DNA of 61,014 nucleotides, the filler included, from Sphacelaria rigidula (taxonomy: Eukaryota): the NCBI GenBank assembly GCA_964200075.2. It is 7 parts of 7 records of this genome, joined end to end, with 100 filler letters (N's around TTAATTAATTAA, not from the genome) between each part and the next. Parts side by side here need not be neighbours in the genome. Positions count along the whole stretch, not along the records: positions 17,463 to 26,093 come from CAXNAA020010548.1; positions 26,194 to 34,824 come from CAXNAA020010549.1; positions 34,925 to 43,554 come from CAXNAA020010550.1; 4 more parts are not named here. One strand, written 5' to 3'. The notes beneath the pieces were generated by a model, which made no database searches, was not told the origin of the DNA, and saw nothing but the letters and a program-made list of their open reading frames with translations. The position numbers and the translations under genes were made by a program. Shown here piece by piece: positions 25,655 to 39,120 of this stretch. The first letter of the stretch is position 1. Each line of letters begins with the position of its first letter.

Positions 25655-27249
25655 GCTTTCTTTCTACTGGAAAATTTTCTCCATCGATGAATCGTCGATA
25701 AAAGTATCGGACAGTTGGCTGGAATGTTCCGTGTTGGAAAAAAGAAAAATGATTGTCTGTACAGCGGGGTACATTTGAAACAGCCCGCGAACGCTCTGTC
25801 TGCCAACAGAGGCCAGTGGTGGAACAAACGTCTATCGGCTCGGTGTTTGCCGAGCCGAAAAGGAATGCGGAGGGGTGCTGGACCGAAGGGGAGAATAAAA
25901 TGTCGTGTCTAGAACAAGCGGGCTGCGACAAAAATACATCGAGCGGCATGGACAACAAGGGCCCGTTGTTGGAAATATTTGGTGGCTCGTGGCGTTTGGT
26001 ACTGTTCTCGAAACAGACCGACTACCGTCGCAGAGACAGTAGGTTAGCAGAGGTTGCACAGTGGTAGTCAAACCACTCGCTTCTGCAGCAGACNNNNNNN
26101 NNNNNNNNNNNNNNNNNNNNNNNNNNNNNNNNNNNNNTTAATTAATTAANNNNNNNNNNNNNNNNNNNNNNNNNNNNNNNNNNNNNNNNNNNNCGATGTT
26201 CTGGCACATGGAAAATTGGACACATGCTGGTAACCTTGATAACGCCAGTCTCTCGAGCGATAGGTAATCGCCGAGCGGGGACACACAAAGGACACGGGCA
26301 AGGAGCTTCCTCTCTGTCGTTGCTTCTCTCTCTGGTGGTATCGTCATCGACACGCGTGTACACCGCATTCGTTAGGTGCACCTAGCCACTGTTGCTTAAC
26401 TGCTGCGGACATTTGGGGGGAAGATGGCTTCGCTCGGTCGTGAGTGTTTCGCGTCATCTGTGCAAAAAAGAAACGCCATTTCAACCTCATTTTTGAGATG
26501 GAGCCCATTTCCCAGGATCCACTGTTCGTAGCTGCTGGATACAATCCAGATGTGACCGGCAGGTAGGAGTCGTAGACTTTGGGTGAATGTGGACTTGTGT
26601 CTACAGCGGTTACATATAGCCGTCTCACGGTTGTGTCGCGTTTTGAAATCAAAGTACGTGATCGAGTGATGTATTTATGTACTTGACCATTGAGTTCGGT
26701 GAGATAGTGACCAATCGCAGTAAGACTTGATATGTAAATTTTATGAACTAGGTAAGCCTTCCTGGATCCACTCTGTTCTCACCCCTGGTATCTGGAGACC
26801 AACCCCATAGCTACAACAGTAGATCTGATCCAAGCAGATTATCAGGGTTCGATTTTCCGTTGTGCACGCTCGGGTATCCTGTGCCTCGAGTGAACAGGTC
26901 CCCAGGGAGGAGTACACAGTGAGTCGGTTTGCTCCTCGTTTTATACCTAAATACATCAGTGATTGGTATCGGCTCTATTTGAATTGCAAATCTCTACTTG
27001 TATCACTCCCGCCCAACAGCGAGAAACTCGTGAAGTAAATCAGATAAAGGCTAGAACCCTGGGAAACAACTGCGTAGGCACCATTCTCCATTCACAACAA
27101 GGTTCTTCACCTCTTCCACTTGACACAAGCACGTCAACAAAGCGTCATGCAGGCATTGAAAGGTATACATTGATATATACACACAGATGCGCACATGTAT
27201 GTGAGGAAGGCGTATCGCTAGAGTGGTCAGAGCCTACGGGGGAGAATGC

Positions 27250-29277
27250 CGTCCTGATGCCGAAGGAACTCCGAGGCTGGCGATGATTTCCTCTGGTATA
27301 TGGAGGCAAGAAGTGGGGTCAGACTAGAAGTGGTCGCTAGAGGCGACCAGGACCTCAGGAGATGTTGGACCGTCCTAATATTAGGCTCTTCCTGGCATCA
27401 CCACGAGATGTTTAGCTACGTTGGCATTACAGGGTCCTCGGTGATCCGGTCCTTCCGGATCGTTCCTACCTTCTCCATGCTTACGCTGGGTCTGCATACA
27501 TGTGTGGCGTCAGTCTCTGATATGTCACTGCAAAAATGTATCCTCCACATCTCCCCCCCGAGTGTGCGCCCCAAGCCCATCGAAGCTATGACTGGTGGGA
27601 CGAGGCGATCATCAGTTTCACTGATGACATGATCATGGAGGTTTCTTCGAATGGCAATCATTGATTGAGTCACGCCACCACTAATCGCAAAGGTAGCCCT
27701 TCTCCATATTGTGGCATTGAGTAAACACCCCCAGTAAATCTTAGCTACCTTTGGTTCGTAACAGTGCATGTATTCCAAACCCTCAAATACACATATATAT
27801 ATATATATATTCATGTCATGTAGCTGCTATATGTGACATGTTTCCATCGGATGTATTTGCACCTGGGTGCTGGTCGCATCTGCTGGTATGCATGACTGGG
27901 CACTGGGACACTGATCGGTCCACGGGGGCCTGGGCCTGGGTTATTCCTACCTGGGTTCTGCGATGACTTCGGTTCCGCAGACACCTGAGTAGGGTCAAGC
28001 CTCGGGTTAGTAACAGGGCGATGTTGAAGATACATATATGTATTTTTTTCACCTGGGAGCATCGTGCTCATTTGGCTAAACACCGTCAAAATGACCCTTG
28101 CTTCGTGTATTGTGTCAAATAACTGCATCATGTGTGACACATTTTTTATGGGATGCGGTGCAAGCTGCATCAGTTAGGTATACCTGATTAGGCACTGGGA
28201 CACCGACCGGTCCACAGGCGCTTGAGGTATTCATGCCCGGGTTCCGGGATACTTTCGGTTCCACTGACACCGGAGTATAGGACAAGGTCCTCGCGCTAGT
28301 ATCAAAACGGTTGGTCTGATGTTTATCTTGCGAGCATTGTGTTCTTTGGTGAGACATCGACATGTTCTTTGCTAAGTATCATTTTGTGGCATACAAGTGT
28401 GTCTCATGTGATCTATCTCCACAAGATGCGTTGCACTTTGGTGCTAGATGCATCTGCTGTTTCTACATGCCTGGGCACTGGGACACTGGTCAGTCCACGG
28501 GCGCCTGGGTTTTCCATGTCCGGGTTCTGGGGTACCTTCGGTTCCGCTGACACCGAAATAGTACAACGTCGTCGTGTTAGTAACAAAGCGATAGATACGA
28601 TGTTTTCGGCCTCTGAGCAGTGTGCGTTTTGTCTAAACATCGTCAAAATGATTTTTTGTCAGCATTACCCCTATTGCTGAGAGGTTATCTTCCTTGGGGA
28701 GTTGCACACCCGTCACAGTTGACACGTCAGGTATTTTTTCCGTTCATGTCTGCATTGTTCTAACTGTAAGGAGGACGAATCCAAGGGGGGACAGACTAAG
28801 GAAGAGGCTGTCCCAAAAGATGTCGTCCTGATGCCGAAGGAACTCCGAAGCTGACGATGATTCCCTCTTGTGAGATGTAGGCAAGAAGTGGGTGAGACAC
28901 AGAGTGGTCGCTGGAGGCGACCGGGTTCCTCGGGGGATGTTGGGCCGTCCTGAATATTAGGCTCTTCCTGGCATCATCCCGAGTTGTCTAGTTTCGTTGG
29001 TATTACAGGATCCTCGGGGAATTTGGTCCTTCCGGAACGTTCCTACCTCGTCCCTGCTTGCACTGGGTCTGTATACATGTGTAACATCAGTCTCTGATAT
29101 GTCACTGCAAAGGGATATCTCCCACATTCCCCCCCCCCTTATGCGCCGGAAGGCTATCGAGGCTATGGCTGGTGGGACGAGGCGATCATCAGCTTCGCTG
29201 ATGATATAATCATGGGAATATCCTTTAGTGACTACTATTGATTACGTCACGCCACCACTTCTTCGCAAAGGCAGCCC
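27250..29277. repeat. Pair of diverged ~450-bp direct repeats (27250-27699 and 28824-29277)
   Basis: Both begin CGTCCTGATGCCGAAGGAACTCCGA and end CACGCCACCACT..TCGCAAAGG(T/C)AGCCC. Confidence 0.88.
27800..28665. repeat. Three tandem ~285-290-bp units
   Basis: GGCACTGGGACAC..GTCCAC..TTCGGTTCC..GACACC at ~27899, ~28191 and ~28474. Confidence 0.85.
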
Positions 29278-30634
29278 GATATTTATAGTTATAGCTACTC
29301 CTCCGACCAGGGCCTGGCGCGTGACCTGCCACTTTTGCGACAGTGTAGTGTTCTATTGTGGGCAATGTTCCGTCTGGTTGGTCCATCTCTGGTAGAGGTA
29401 TCTGTCTACCTAAGAACAGCTCGCTCAACTTGTCAAAGTCTGGTGCTGGTGCGGTTTCTCGTGGGTGATATTTCTTCGGGTGAGCGAGATGTTTTGATGT
29501 TTCCTTAGAGCCGTCGCCTATTTTGATTCTGTATACAACCGGAAATCGCCTGTCGGTTATCATGAATGGATCTCTCCATGGTAACTGCAGTTTGGGATTC
29601 GGCCCTTCTGAGTCTTAAAATGGTCGATACAAAAGTACTTTTTGCCCCGGTTTGAACACTGGGAAAGATTCTAGTTTGTTTTTGTTTTCTTGCTCGTTCG
29701 ACCTTTCTCGTAAGGCTTGTCTCGCGATTTCAAATCCAAATCGTAGGTTTTCCCGTGTTTCCTTGGGAAATTCCTCGGGTGTCGCCGCTTGGCTCTCTTC
29801 TGGTATGCCGAGAACCATGCCCACTGGCAACCTGGGCTGTCTTCCGAACAACAGAAAATACGGGGTATCTTGTACTGTGTTATGATAAGAGGTGTTCTAC
29901 GCCATTTGGACGAATGGAAGCATGAATGCCCAGTTCTCGTTTCCTATTGACATGTGCATCAATAACATCATGCGCATAGTGGAGTGGACGCGTTCTGACA
30001 CTGAGTTGCCTTGCGGACGTAGTGGGGTCGTACGTGTTTTATCGAAACCTAACTCTTGTTGAAGTGCGTATATTGATTTGTTCTCAACCTCGGTTTCTTG
30101 ATCGCTGTGGAGCTTCATCGGGATGCCAAATGTTGTAAAAACTCTGTCGATAAGGGTTTTGGCTATCGCCGTGGCTTGTTTGATCGGGACTGGAATGAGT
30201 AAAGCATACCTTGTGAGGTGGTCCACTACTGTCAGTACGTAGTTACATAGTACTCCGGCGTTGGACATTGAAGCCGTTTCGTATTCAACCAGGTCAACCG
30301 ACTCTCGTTCATATGGCCTCTCTACCGGAATGTGTACCATTGGCAATTTCTGCCGGCGGGGCGTCTTTCGGCGTTGGCAAGTCTGACATTTTAAGCACCA
30401 ATCCTTGATATCGCGGTTCATTGATGGCCAGTAATGCTTCGGTCGGATTTTGTCGTATGTTCGCTTGAATCCTAAGTGGCCTCCTGATAGTGCATGGTCG
30501 TGGTACGCATGTAGCACCAAGCCTATCAGGGTCTTCGGTAGCACAAGTTGGTCACAATCTGTGCTTCGTTCTTTCAAGTGTCCCGGCAAGTTAGATTTGA
30601 ATAAAATCCCGTCATGTACTGAATAATGTGACAT
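29277..30634 (-). pseudogene. Gypsy integrase with GPY/F-like module and truncated chromodomain
   Basis: HDHALSGGHLG..CQTC (HHCC), SVDLV / LHSDQ / SVSERVH (DDE), TPYFLLFGRQPRLP, KLQLPWRDPF, YTVAKVAGH..YKYR; stops at 29897 and 29615. Confidence 0.92.
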
Positions 30635-30690
30635 CGATGTGAGCGATTCTTTTTCTGGTATCGGAGCATCTTTTTCTGTGATATATTCGA

Positions 30691-33173
30691 TTAGGGACCG
30701 TACTCTAGTGCTTGCTCTTCTCGCAATTTTTTGCGGTTGATTGACGTGAAGACGTTCGCTGCGCTTACGTGTACTGATTTCACGGTGAACAACTCTCGAT
30801 CACTTTGCACCGGTTTCAAATTGTCGAGCTTTTCAGCTGAAATCTGGAACTGATGCTGTGGCTTAGCTATCTGTAACTCAGGGGTTTCTGGGACGTTACG
30901 GCATATCGGCGCAAGCAACGGCTTGATTTCTGCTTCCTGTCGCTTTTCAAACGAAAATAGCCGTGAGAGGTTGTCCGGTGTAACATGAAGTATCCCCGGT
31001 TTATGTTTGACCGTGAAATCATACGATTGCAATGTGATCGCCCATCGGGTCAACATATTACTTGTATCCTGCATCGCATACAAATATCGAAGAGCGGCAT
31101 GGTCTGTTACACACGTAAAGTGACGTCTCCAGAGGAAAACTCAAAAATGTTGAATCGTTGATACGACCGCGTAACATTCTTTCATGGTGAGCGAATAGCG
31201 GGCCTGGGCGTCGTTGAAACGTTGACTGAAGTATGCTACGATTGCCTCGTTTTCGCCTTTCCTTTGGGAGACGTAGGCCCCAGCCCCACGGTCTGAAGCA
31301 TCAACGTTTATGATGAAGTCTTTCGTGAAATCTGGAAAATGAAGGACGGGTGCCTCAGTCATCAATTCTTTAATTTTCTCGAAGGCTTCATCATGTTCAG
31401 TATTCCAGAGTTTCGACACTTGTTTTGCCGCGCCTTTCTTTGTGAGATCTACCAGTGGTGCTATGGCTGTAGCCAAGTCTGGTATGAATTTCCGCACGAA
31501 ATTTATTGTACCGAGTACTGATTTCAACTCTTTAATATTGGTGGGTTTCGGCAAGTCGAGGATAGCTTTTATTCTTTCTTCACTCACTCTGATGCCATCT
31601 GCGGACAGTACATGACCCAAATATTTGACTTGCTTTGGACCAAATTGGATTTTTGTCGCCTTTAGTGTAAGGCCTGCTGTTTGCAGTGCTTGGAACGTGC
31701 TTTCTAGTAGGGTGAGATGATTCTCCCAGCTTGATGAACAACAAATTATGTCATCCATATACACTACTAAGCCACTCTTGGGTCCGACGTGTGCAAATGC
31801 TAGTGCCATTATGCGTGAGAAGATAAAGGGTGAACACGCTACCAAATGGTAACCGGTTGAACACCCATTTCCCTCTCTGATTTACAAACGCTGTTTTCTC
31901 AAACTGTTATGAATTTCGCCCCCGCTACTGTATCTATGTGACTTTCGATAGCTGGCATGGGCCATGATTTGCGAATCAAGTTTTTATTTATCGCTGCTCG
32001 ATAATCTGCGCAAAATCGTGCTGTTCCATCTGCTTTTGCGACTATTGTAACCGCTGATCCCCGCGGGCTTGGGCGTTGTTCGACAATACCATCTTTTTCC
32101 ATTTGGTCGACGCATTTGTCGATTGCGTCTTGCACTCTGGGGTTTGCTCTATATGGTGCTCGGTCTACCGGCTGAGTCCCAGGTTTGAGCGAAAAATGTG
32201 CTTCGTCCAACGTACAACAGCCCAATTCCTGCGGATTAAGTGAAAACACAGAACGGTATTTTGCGGAAAGATCCAGTATTTGACAGTATAGTTCCGGGGG
32301 GAAAGTCGCATTTTCGAAAGCTTTGCGTAAAGCCGGACGTAAATCCTCTTTTGCATTTTTTCTCTCTGACACCTTATTTCCCGCCATCGCACTGACTGTA
32401 GCTGGTTTTGTTTCTCGTACTGGGGTGATATAGCCTAAAATCGTATTATGTTTCACGTTCACATGTCGATTCGACGGATTCGCGATTTGTACCATTGCCG
32501 TATTATTTGTCGCCGACCATGTGCACACCGTCCTTGCAACGATGATGCGCGTGAACGCTTGGGGTACATCGGTTGATCGAATGTCTTCTTCGGCTATAAT
32601 GCGTGGCTCTACGACGGCTGCTGTTGTTCTTGACGGGGTATTTTCCGTTTCAAATAATACGGCCATCTTACTCTGCGGGGGCACGCTGCATTTCTTTGTG
32701 AGAAAAACTGGAACAGCGGTAAAACAGTTCACACTGACTACAGAACAATGTGTCGTTCCGGGGTGTGTTGTATTTTGTGAACACCGTTGTTTTCGATGCG
32801 ATGCTTTGACTTGTATACTGGAATCGCGGAATGTTAGCTCTTCCGCTTGCCAGTCGAGTATAGCTTGGAAAACACTCATAACGGGATTGTCCAGTGAAAG
32901 GCAATCCGGTCCTAGGTTAGGTAATACGAATGCTTCTACTGGTAGGGTTTTCATCCCTAACGTAAGTTCAAAACGTATGAAACCTAGAGTTTTCATGGGT
33001 GAGCCGTCCGCACTCCTGAGGTCTATCGAACCTTGCGGTACTGGTTTTATATCAGCTGTCATTATAGCCGGGTGTTCATCGAAGAACGTTTTGCTGATAC
33101 AGGGCGCGTCTGCTGCGGAATCAATTGTGATTTTTTCAGCGGGGGTGCCGTTTACTCTGGATGTGACTCTCAC
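30691..33173 (-). pseudogene. pol: Gypsy protease-RT-RNase H (element 2)
   Basis: ITIDSAADAPCIS (protease-like), RFCADYR, KTAFVNQRGKWVFNRLPFG, VYMDD, YLGH, NVDASDRGAG, MKECYAVV, TDHAAL; frameshifts and an apparent deletion at ~31899 removing the first catalytic Asp motif. Confidence 0.95.
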
Positions 33174-33720
33174 ACGGGCTGATGCGCAGGACAGTGCAAA
33201 GGTGCAACTGTATATCTGGCAAGCGAAGATGCGTTGTAAGAGCCATAACAGTGATATTCAGGATCGGTTTTGAAAACGAAGATCGGTGTTTCGATTTTTT
33301 ATTTTTCTGCAATGCGTTACTCACAAAAAAGCCGCCTGCGGAGCTAAAAATATACGTTGTGTCTGTTCTACGCATTCGCTGTTTGTACTCTGCTCTCTGC
33401 TGCTATGCTCCTGCTCGTGCTTATCCCGTACATGGTTGACCTCTACCCGAGACCTCTTACGCATTCTCCGTGGTTGGCCTGCCGTACCGTCAGAAAAATG
33501 AAACTCTCTCATCTTGCGAGCTAGAGGGTTGACGATTTTGCTTCCTTCTGTTTCCCTCGATTTTTTACGTAAGGTTTCTGCCCTGATCAGACGAGGGGTC
33601 TTCTCTTGGGCGCCTTCACGGGGTGTACTTTTTAGCAAACTCTACATGGCTCTGCATAAGGCGGCAATCCGCTGTCTCGTGTGTGTTCTTGTACCTGTAT
33701 GGTGCGTACTCACAACGGAC

Positions 33721-34773
33721 CTATTCTTTCGTTTTATCGCTCAACTGCTTGTCGTTGGATGTACTCTTATCGTTACTGCATTTGAAGCGTACTTTTTTCA
33801 ACTCTCCCCCTGATCTATTCGTGCTCCTGTCTCTGCTAGCAGACCGTTTCTTCGCTCTCCCTCTCTCTCCTTTGATCGCTTTTGACTGCGACTGACGATC
33901 CGTAAGGATTGCGCCATGATCGGCTATCATTTCCGCTAGCTGTGGACGTGGGGAATTTACAGTTGCGGCCGAGACATGGGAAGTGTCTCCCGTTTGGTTT
34001 GACCATGTGCGAAGATTATTTTGTTCGTGGTTTTTCGCTCGTGCTATCGCAGTTTGGAAGTCGAGCGTACTATCTATTCTCACCATTTCAACTCTGATAT
34101 GGGGTTTGAGCCCGGTCTCAAATGCTGCTCTTGTGATCACGTCTATTATGAAGCGAAGCGTGTCGTGGCCAGGGAATTTCACCCGCAAGGCCTCGGTCAC
34201 GAATTTGTCCATCGAAGTCGTACACTCCAGTGCATAGTCGTCTACGTTCTGATCTTATTTCTTTTTCAGATCGGCTATCGCACGGGCTAACAGTGCTAGT
34301 TGGTTTGGTGGAGAGAAGCGATGAGTGTAGGCCACGACCCATTCTGTCCATGTTTTCGGGGCGATGGGTGCGGTATCTTCTCCTCTCGATTTGAGGTCCT
34401 CCAGTACAGCGAGTGGGCGCCACTCTGCTTTTCCGCTGCCGAGAGGGGTGTATAGCGTTTCTGCTGACCCTCTGAGGATAAGTGGTAAGTGGTTTATGGC
34501 GTGTCGTTGTACTGTGGATTCTGTGCAATCGTCAGGGGCATGAATCCTAACTCGATTGAGAAACGCATCAAGAATTTCTGGCACGTCCTCAATCCGTTTT
34601 CCTTCTAGAATTAAGGTTGATGGAAGATCCGATTGTTTCATCGAGAATGTTTGAGTTCTCATGGTGCTACTATGGCTTGTAGGTGGCGGAGTCAGCACTG
34701 ACTTAGACAGAGCCTCTATCTTGTGGCTGTTTTCTTGTACGTTAGTGAGGCTTGTTGGCGGATCTAACGTCAA
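33721..34773 (-). pseudogene. gag: gag (element 2), interrupted
   Basis: ORFs 34255..34773 and 33721..34212 upstream of pol; TWTEWVVAYTHRF and AFETGLKPHIR resemble retrotransposon capsid motifs. Confidence 0.75.
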
Positions 34774-36540
34774 AGTCCCTGAGCTCTCTGTGGATTGGAT
34801 CGGCGTAGTGTTGACACTTTCTAGNNNNNNNNNNNNNNNNNNNNNNNNNNNNNNNNNNNNNNNNNNNNTTAATTAATTAANNNNNNNNNNNNNNNNNNNN
34901 NNNNNNNNNNNNNNNNNNNNNNNNCCGTTTCGACGTCTCTACATTTGCCTTGCCCGCGTGTTCATTTCTTCTTCGATTTCCTCGTCGAACGCCGTGCTTG
35001 TTTCTGATGTTCCTAGTTTACGGAGGGACGGGGGGGGAGCTTTCCACAGGTTGTGACAGACCACAACAGAACAGAAAAATGTATGTATTTACTCTTACAT
35101 ATGCCGGCGTGGGTTTACATTTTACATGTCCTAGAACAATACGCTGTGTTCTGTCCGCTTACACAGCACGATAAAGCTTTTCTTACTTGGCTTCCCATGA
35201 AGGTTGCAAGTGTTCGCCAAGGACGTCTACAGCACCGTGACGCCGCACGTAATTCTGTCACGTATGAAACACCCGTAACATAATACAGTACGGCGGGATT
35301 TCACATGTCGTGACGGTACGTATTTCGTCTTTAGAACTCAAGTATCGAGATCTTGTGCAGAAAGCGCGAAACACCCAGTGCGATAAAGTGGCGTGTTGGC
35401 TATTGCAGAGACTACAAGAACGTCGTCGGAAATTCATGCTTACACGTGAAATGGGCTTGAACGTGGCTTCTTCACCCGCCATACTTGGAATACTTCCTCC
35501 TTTCAATTTTTTATTTCCCATATTTTCTTTTCTTGAAGAGTTTCGTTTCGGAAGTGTTTCCGTTCTATTCACTTGGGTACGTATATCCAATGACCACGGC
35601 TGAAGTCGTAGCGGATCACTCCGGGTGCAACAATCGACAAATCAACCGATTCATCAATGGTCACTAGAAGCAGCAATCCCCCTACAGTCGTTTTTTGCTG
35701 TCATTGCGGCAAACTGAAGATGTACCGGGACAGAATATGCTGAATTAAACTAGCGGGCGAAGCCCGCATCTCAAGCCAAACCTCCCACACAGAGATTAGG
35801 GTAACCCAAACTAAATTGAAAGCAGCGCGACTATGGCCGAGCGTTCAAACTCAGCACTGGCCCAAAATTAAAGACCTCTCCACAATCAGACGGAGGACTG
35901 AAACATGGGATATGTCCTGTTTCGTTACTTTACCGCAGCAGAAACACTCAAGCCCTCTCGCATGTGTTGGAGCTTCCACTGTCTGTTCTGTTGTCGTGTA
36001 CTCACGCATTGCGAACACGGTTTGGATTGCATGGTCTGCGATTTTGTCGTTGTGTTCGTCTCTGCAGAAAACAACGTTGGTCGGCACGCAGTGCTGGCTG
36101 CACACTGATGAAAACTTCATGGGTGTGTTGACGGTTTCGTCTCCGGTGAGACGAACAACGCGCTGTCCGTTGCTGCGACACTCCAGCTGGTGCCGTGCGT
36201 CGGGCGCCTGTACTGTACCGTACTGCTGTATTGTGTTCAGTGTACAATACTGTAATATCTATGATATTGTATTCGGCTGAAACGCGCTACGAGTTAGACC
36301 GCACGAACACTTGGTTTTGGACTACTCCCCTGGCGATTCCCAAGCGAAATGGAGCGATCTGATTGGTAGTTACCCAGCGAAACTTTCCCGCTCCAAATGC
36401 AGTCTGCTAAAATGCGACCTCCACTTCCAGGTCCCGTTCAAACAGACATGAAACTGATAGCGAAGGGGTATAACCGCGGTGAACGGCCAAGAGATGGCCA
36501 GGTTCGCGACCTTCGGTAGATGGCGTCACGAACATCATTC

Positions 36541-37074
36541 CAAGGTTGCGTTCTGTAGGGTACGGTTTTCTGTAAACCCGGGGCATTTTCCCGGGTATTT
36601 ACCGTACCCGACACTTTCATACCGGTACCCAACAGTTCTGTAAACTCTGTCAGACTTTCATACCCTTACCCGATAGTTCTGTTAGTTTTGTAAGCATCCC
36701 GTACCGTTACCGGGGGCACAGGTCTGCTCTTGATAAGATACCTTGCTGCGGGCACGGTTTTCTGTGCAGACTCCATACCCTGCCCGACCGTTTCCGTGAC
36801 TTTTGCACGCCCCCCCATACCCTTACCCGACAGCTCTGTGAGTTCTGTACATAATGTATGCCCGTACCGGGAGCGCGGGAATGCCCTAAAAAATAACCGA
36901 TTGCCGGTGCGGTTTTCTGTAAGCTTTCCATACCATACCCGACAAGTTCTGTAATTTCTGGAAGGCTTTATAACCGGTACCCGACAGTTTATTTTTGTGT
37001 GAGACTTTCGTACCGGTACCCGATATTTCTGTAAGTTCTGTAAGGAATCCCATACTCTACAGAACACAATCTTG
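36541..37074. mobile_element. MITE with CAAG termini (hAT-like) filled with GTACCCG/TTCTGTAAG subterminal repeats; related copies at ~60142-60400 and ~60700-60830
   Basis: TIR CAAGGTTGCGTTCTGTAGGGTA / TACTCTACAGAACACAATCTTG; ATCATTC occurs in both flanks (imperfect 8-9 bp TSD). Confidence 0.78.
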
Positions 37075-37343
37075 CAATCATTCCGAGTCAAGGGGAACCG
37101 TGGAACGAACGGGAGCAGCGTGGTAGACACCCACTATACTCCTCTAGCCCCTTACCAGAAGCTAAAACTGCGGAGAACACAAGCCCCTACACAAAAAGCA
37201 CGCTATTAAATAAAAACAGTATCGTGTGCAGGTACACAGCACACCGCCACAAGTACTTACCAACACCACGGTAACAGAGCTGGCGCCACCTTAGCACAAC
37301 AACAAACACTCATCAACAACCAAACAAATGACTTAATACCCAC

Positions 37344-37750
37344 CTGAACTCTCACAGTCTCCGGCCCCGTGGGCTCCGACGGTGGCACTAGCCCAGGGCA
37401 ATACACCCTGCCTACGCCGTCCCCATCACCACCGCTTCCCGCGTTTCCGGCGTCCGAAGATTGATCTTTACCGCCGGGTGTACCCTGAGACAAGGAAAGT
37501 GCGATCGCTCGAGCAACATCACTATCGTCATGTTCCATTGTGCGCGCCACTGTCGTCCCCGCACTGCTGTTCCCCCCTGCACCCTCTTCCATGCTCGCGG
37601 CTAGGGCCAACGCCAACTGTTCATCCTCTGTTGATCTTGAACCGGCTCCAGTTGCGCCGACACTTGGCCCGCCGCCGTCCAATCGATTGCCTGGGCCGGA
37701 GTTAAGCCAAACGTCTGTCGCTGCTGTCGACGGCTTGCCCGTTGTGCCTC
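37344..37750 (-). CDS. ATXN3: Ataxin-3 homolog, exon with two ubiquitin-interacting motifs
   Basis: gcag|GA..TTCAG|gtggg; phase 1 in, phase 0 out; UIMs TEDEQLALALAASM and DDSDVARAIALSLS; ends VPPSEPTGPETVRVQ. Confidence 0.9.
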
Positions 37751-38128
37751 CTGCGGCCGTAGGGTCCCCAAAACGTAAACCGTGCAAAAAAGCAGGCGCG
37801 GGGAAAATCAACAAAACCTCTTGAAGAATCAACGAGGGACGTATCACGTATCACATCAATTCTTTGCAGTTCTCGTATGACAGTTTTCCAAGCTTTGTAG
37901 CTTCAACAGCACGTACACAAGCGTGTGCTTTTCTACATTGCACCCAGTGACCCCATATGTCGGGCAACACTTCACCCACCCCGCCGTAACATGGGATGGC
38001 CCCACAACGACTACGCCCTGGCTTAGAATGGCACACTTGTACCACTACCAAAAATGCCAGCGCACTGAATGTTCTGTACAGTAATGTTCTGTTGCGTACT
38101 AGGTATGAGACATATTAAGGGGGGGAGG

Positions 38129-38594
38129 GTACTCATGATCTTGTATGCCATAGACTGTCGACCTCGAATTTCTACAAAGCCGGGACGGAGCACGCCGGTG
38201 TTTCGCCGGACCAGGCTCGCAGTCAATCACCAAGGAAGAATCGCTGTGATGTGTGCGGCGAGTCGCATGAAGGATGACGCAAATCCTGCTAACATTGTTC
38301 GGCCCGAAGCGTACTGATAATCTTGCATTTGGATGGCAGCTTCCAATGAGTTGCTTCATTTTGTGATATCGCCACTTCTAGAGACAGGGCCACGGCTTAC
38401 ACACCGCCTCATAGGTGTCTCACCATAAAAACACTACGTGGTATGACTATCCCCTTTGCGCGTAATCAAGCTTCTCCCACCCCTCACAAAATGATCTAGC
38501 CATCAATAGATCACCATCATGATTTTCCTGGTCGCGTAGCTTATGCAGTGAGTGGCGTGTTTAACAGGGTCACTGCCAACAGAAGCCAACTCCG
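38129..38594 (-). mobile_element. Apparently full-length C-tailed SINE-like family B copy in an ATXN3 intron
   Basis: 3' end ..AAGATCATGAGTAC+C-run; flanks TAAGGGGGGG (38116) and TAGGGGGGG (38595) look like a TSD; collinear with the 40947-41452 copy. Confidence 0.8.
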
Positions 38595-38943
38595 TAGGGG
38601 GGGCGTTTGTGGGGGGACGGGGGGATCGATAACGGACCAAACATCGCAGCAACGCTTGAGCGTGCAATGGTCAACGGCCAGAGACAGACGCTAAAATCCC
38701 GTCGTGCAACCCTCCATGCCAGCCACTGCCGCACTCCAACACAGCAATTATACTTGGGATGCAAGTCGACGGAATGAGGGAGGGCTCATCCAATGCTCGA
38801 CTGCAAAGAAGCCAATCAAGTGCCGCAAGAGAGATGGATTGATCACAGGGGACTACGCACCCACCCCGAGAAGGGGAAGGGAAGGGGAGCGGTTAAACTC
38901 CAGGTGGCGACAAAGAGAGAGAGGTCGTACCGGTACCACATAC

Positions 38944-39120
38944 CTTTGCCTTGGGCAACTTCCAACAAGTCCTTGACGCGATACCAGCAGTCGCGAGCAC
39001 CCTCTCCGGGAGATTTGCGGGCTGCTGGGGGTAGCTGTCCCCCTCGAACCACAAAAACGGAGTAGCCGTCAGCTTGAAGTTGGTGCAACGTGGCTTCCAG
39101 GGCAAAAGTCGTTATCCGCG
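38944..39120 (-). CDS. ATXN3: Ataxin-3 homolog, exon with the Josephin C-terminus
   Basis: cag|CG..AAAG|gtatgt; phase 1 matches the previous exon giving DYP-TRITTFALEATLHQLQADGYSVFVVRGGQLP (ataxin-3 QLQxxGYSIFVVxG motif). Confidence 0.92.

Larger units (their letters stand above)
17463..26093 (-). mobile_element. Ty3/gypsy LTR retrotransposon 1, degenerate, both ends cut by contig boundaries
   Basis: Order gag-PR-RT-RNase H on minus strand; integrase and LTRs not in contig; multiple stops and frameshifts. Confidence 0.93.
29277..34824 (-). mobile_element. Ty3/gypsy LTR retrotransposon 2 (chromovirus-type), degenerate
   Basis: gag-PR-RT-RH-IN-chromodomain start in canonical gypsy order; 5' end cut by contig boundary, 3' end truncated at ~29277. 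Confidence 0.95.

Noticed and set aside
26400-26930. Two exon-like, protein-looking segments
   Set aside because: Contain in-frame stops and no recognisable domain
27250-29277. The 450-bp direct repeats as LTRs of gypsy element 2
   Set aside because: Both lie on the same side of the coding region, lack TG..CA ends and a PPT, and are too diverged
32521-33273. 250-aa plus-strand ORF
   Set aside because: Antisense shadow of the gypsy protease region with no motifs of its own
17463-34824. One giant retrotransposon or a tandem pair spanning the spacer
   Set aside because: Separate contigs with different RT sequences (YLDD vs YMDD); adjacency is artificial
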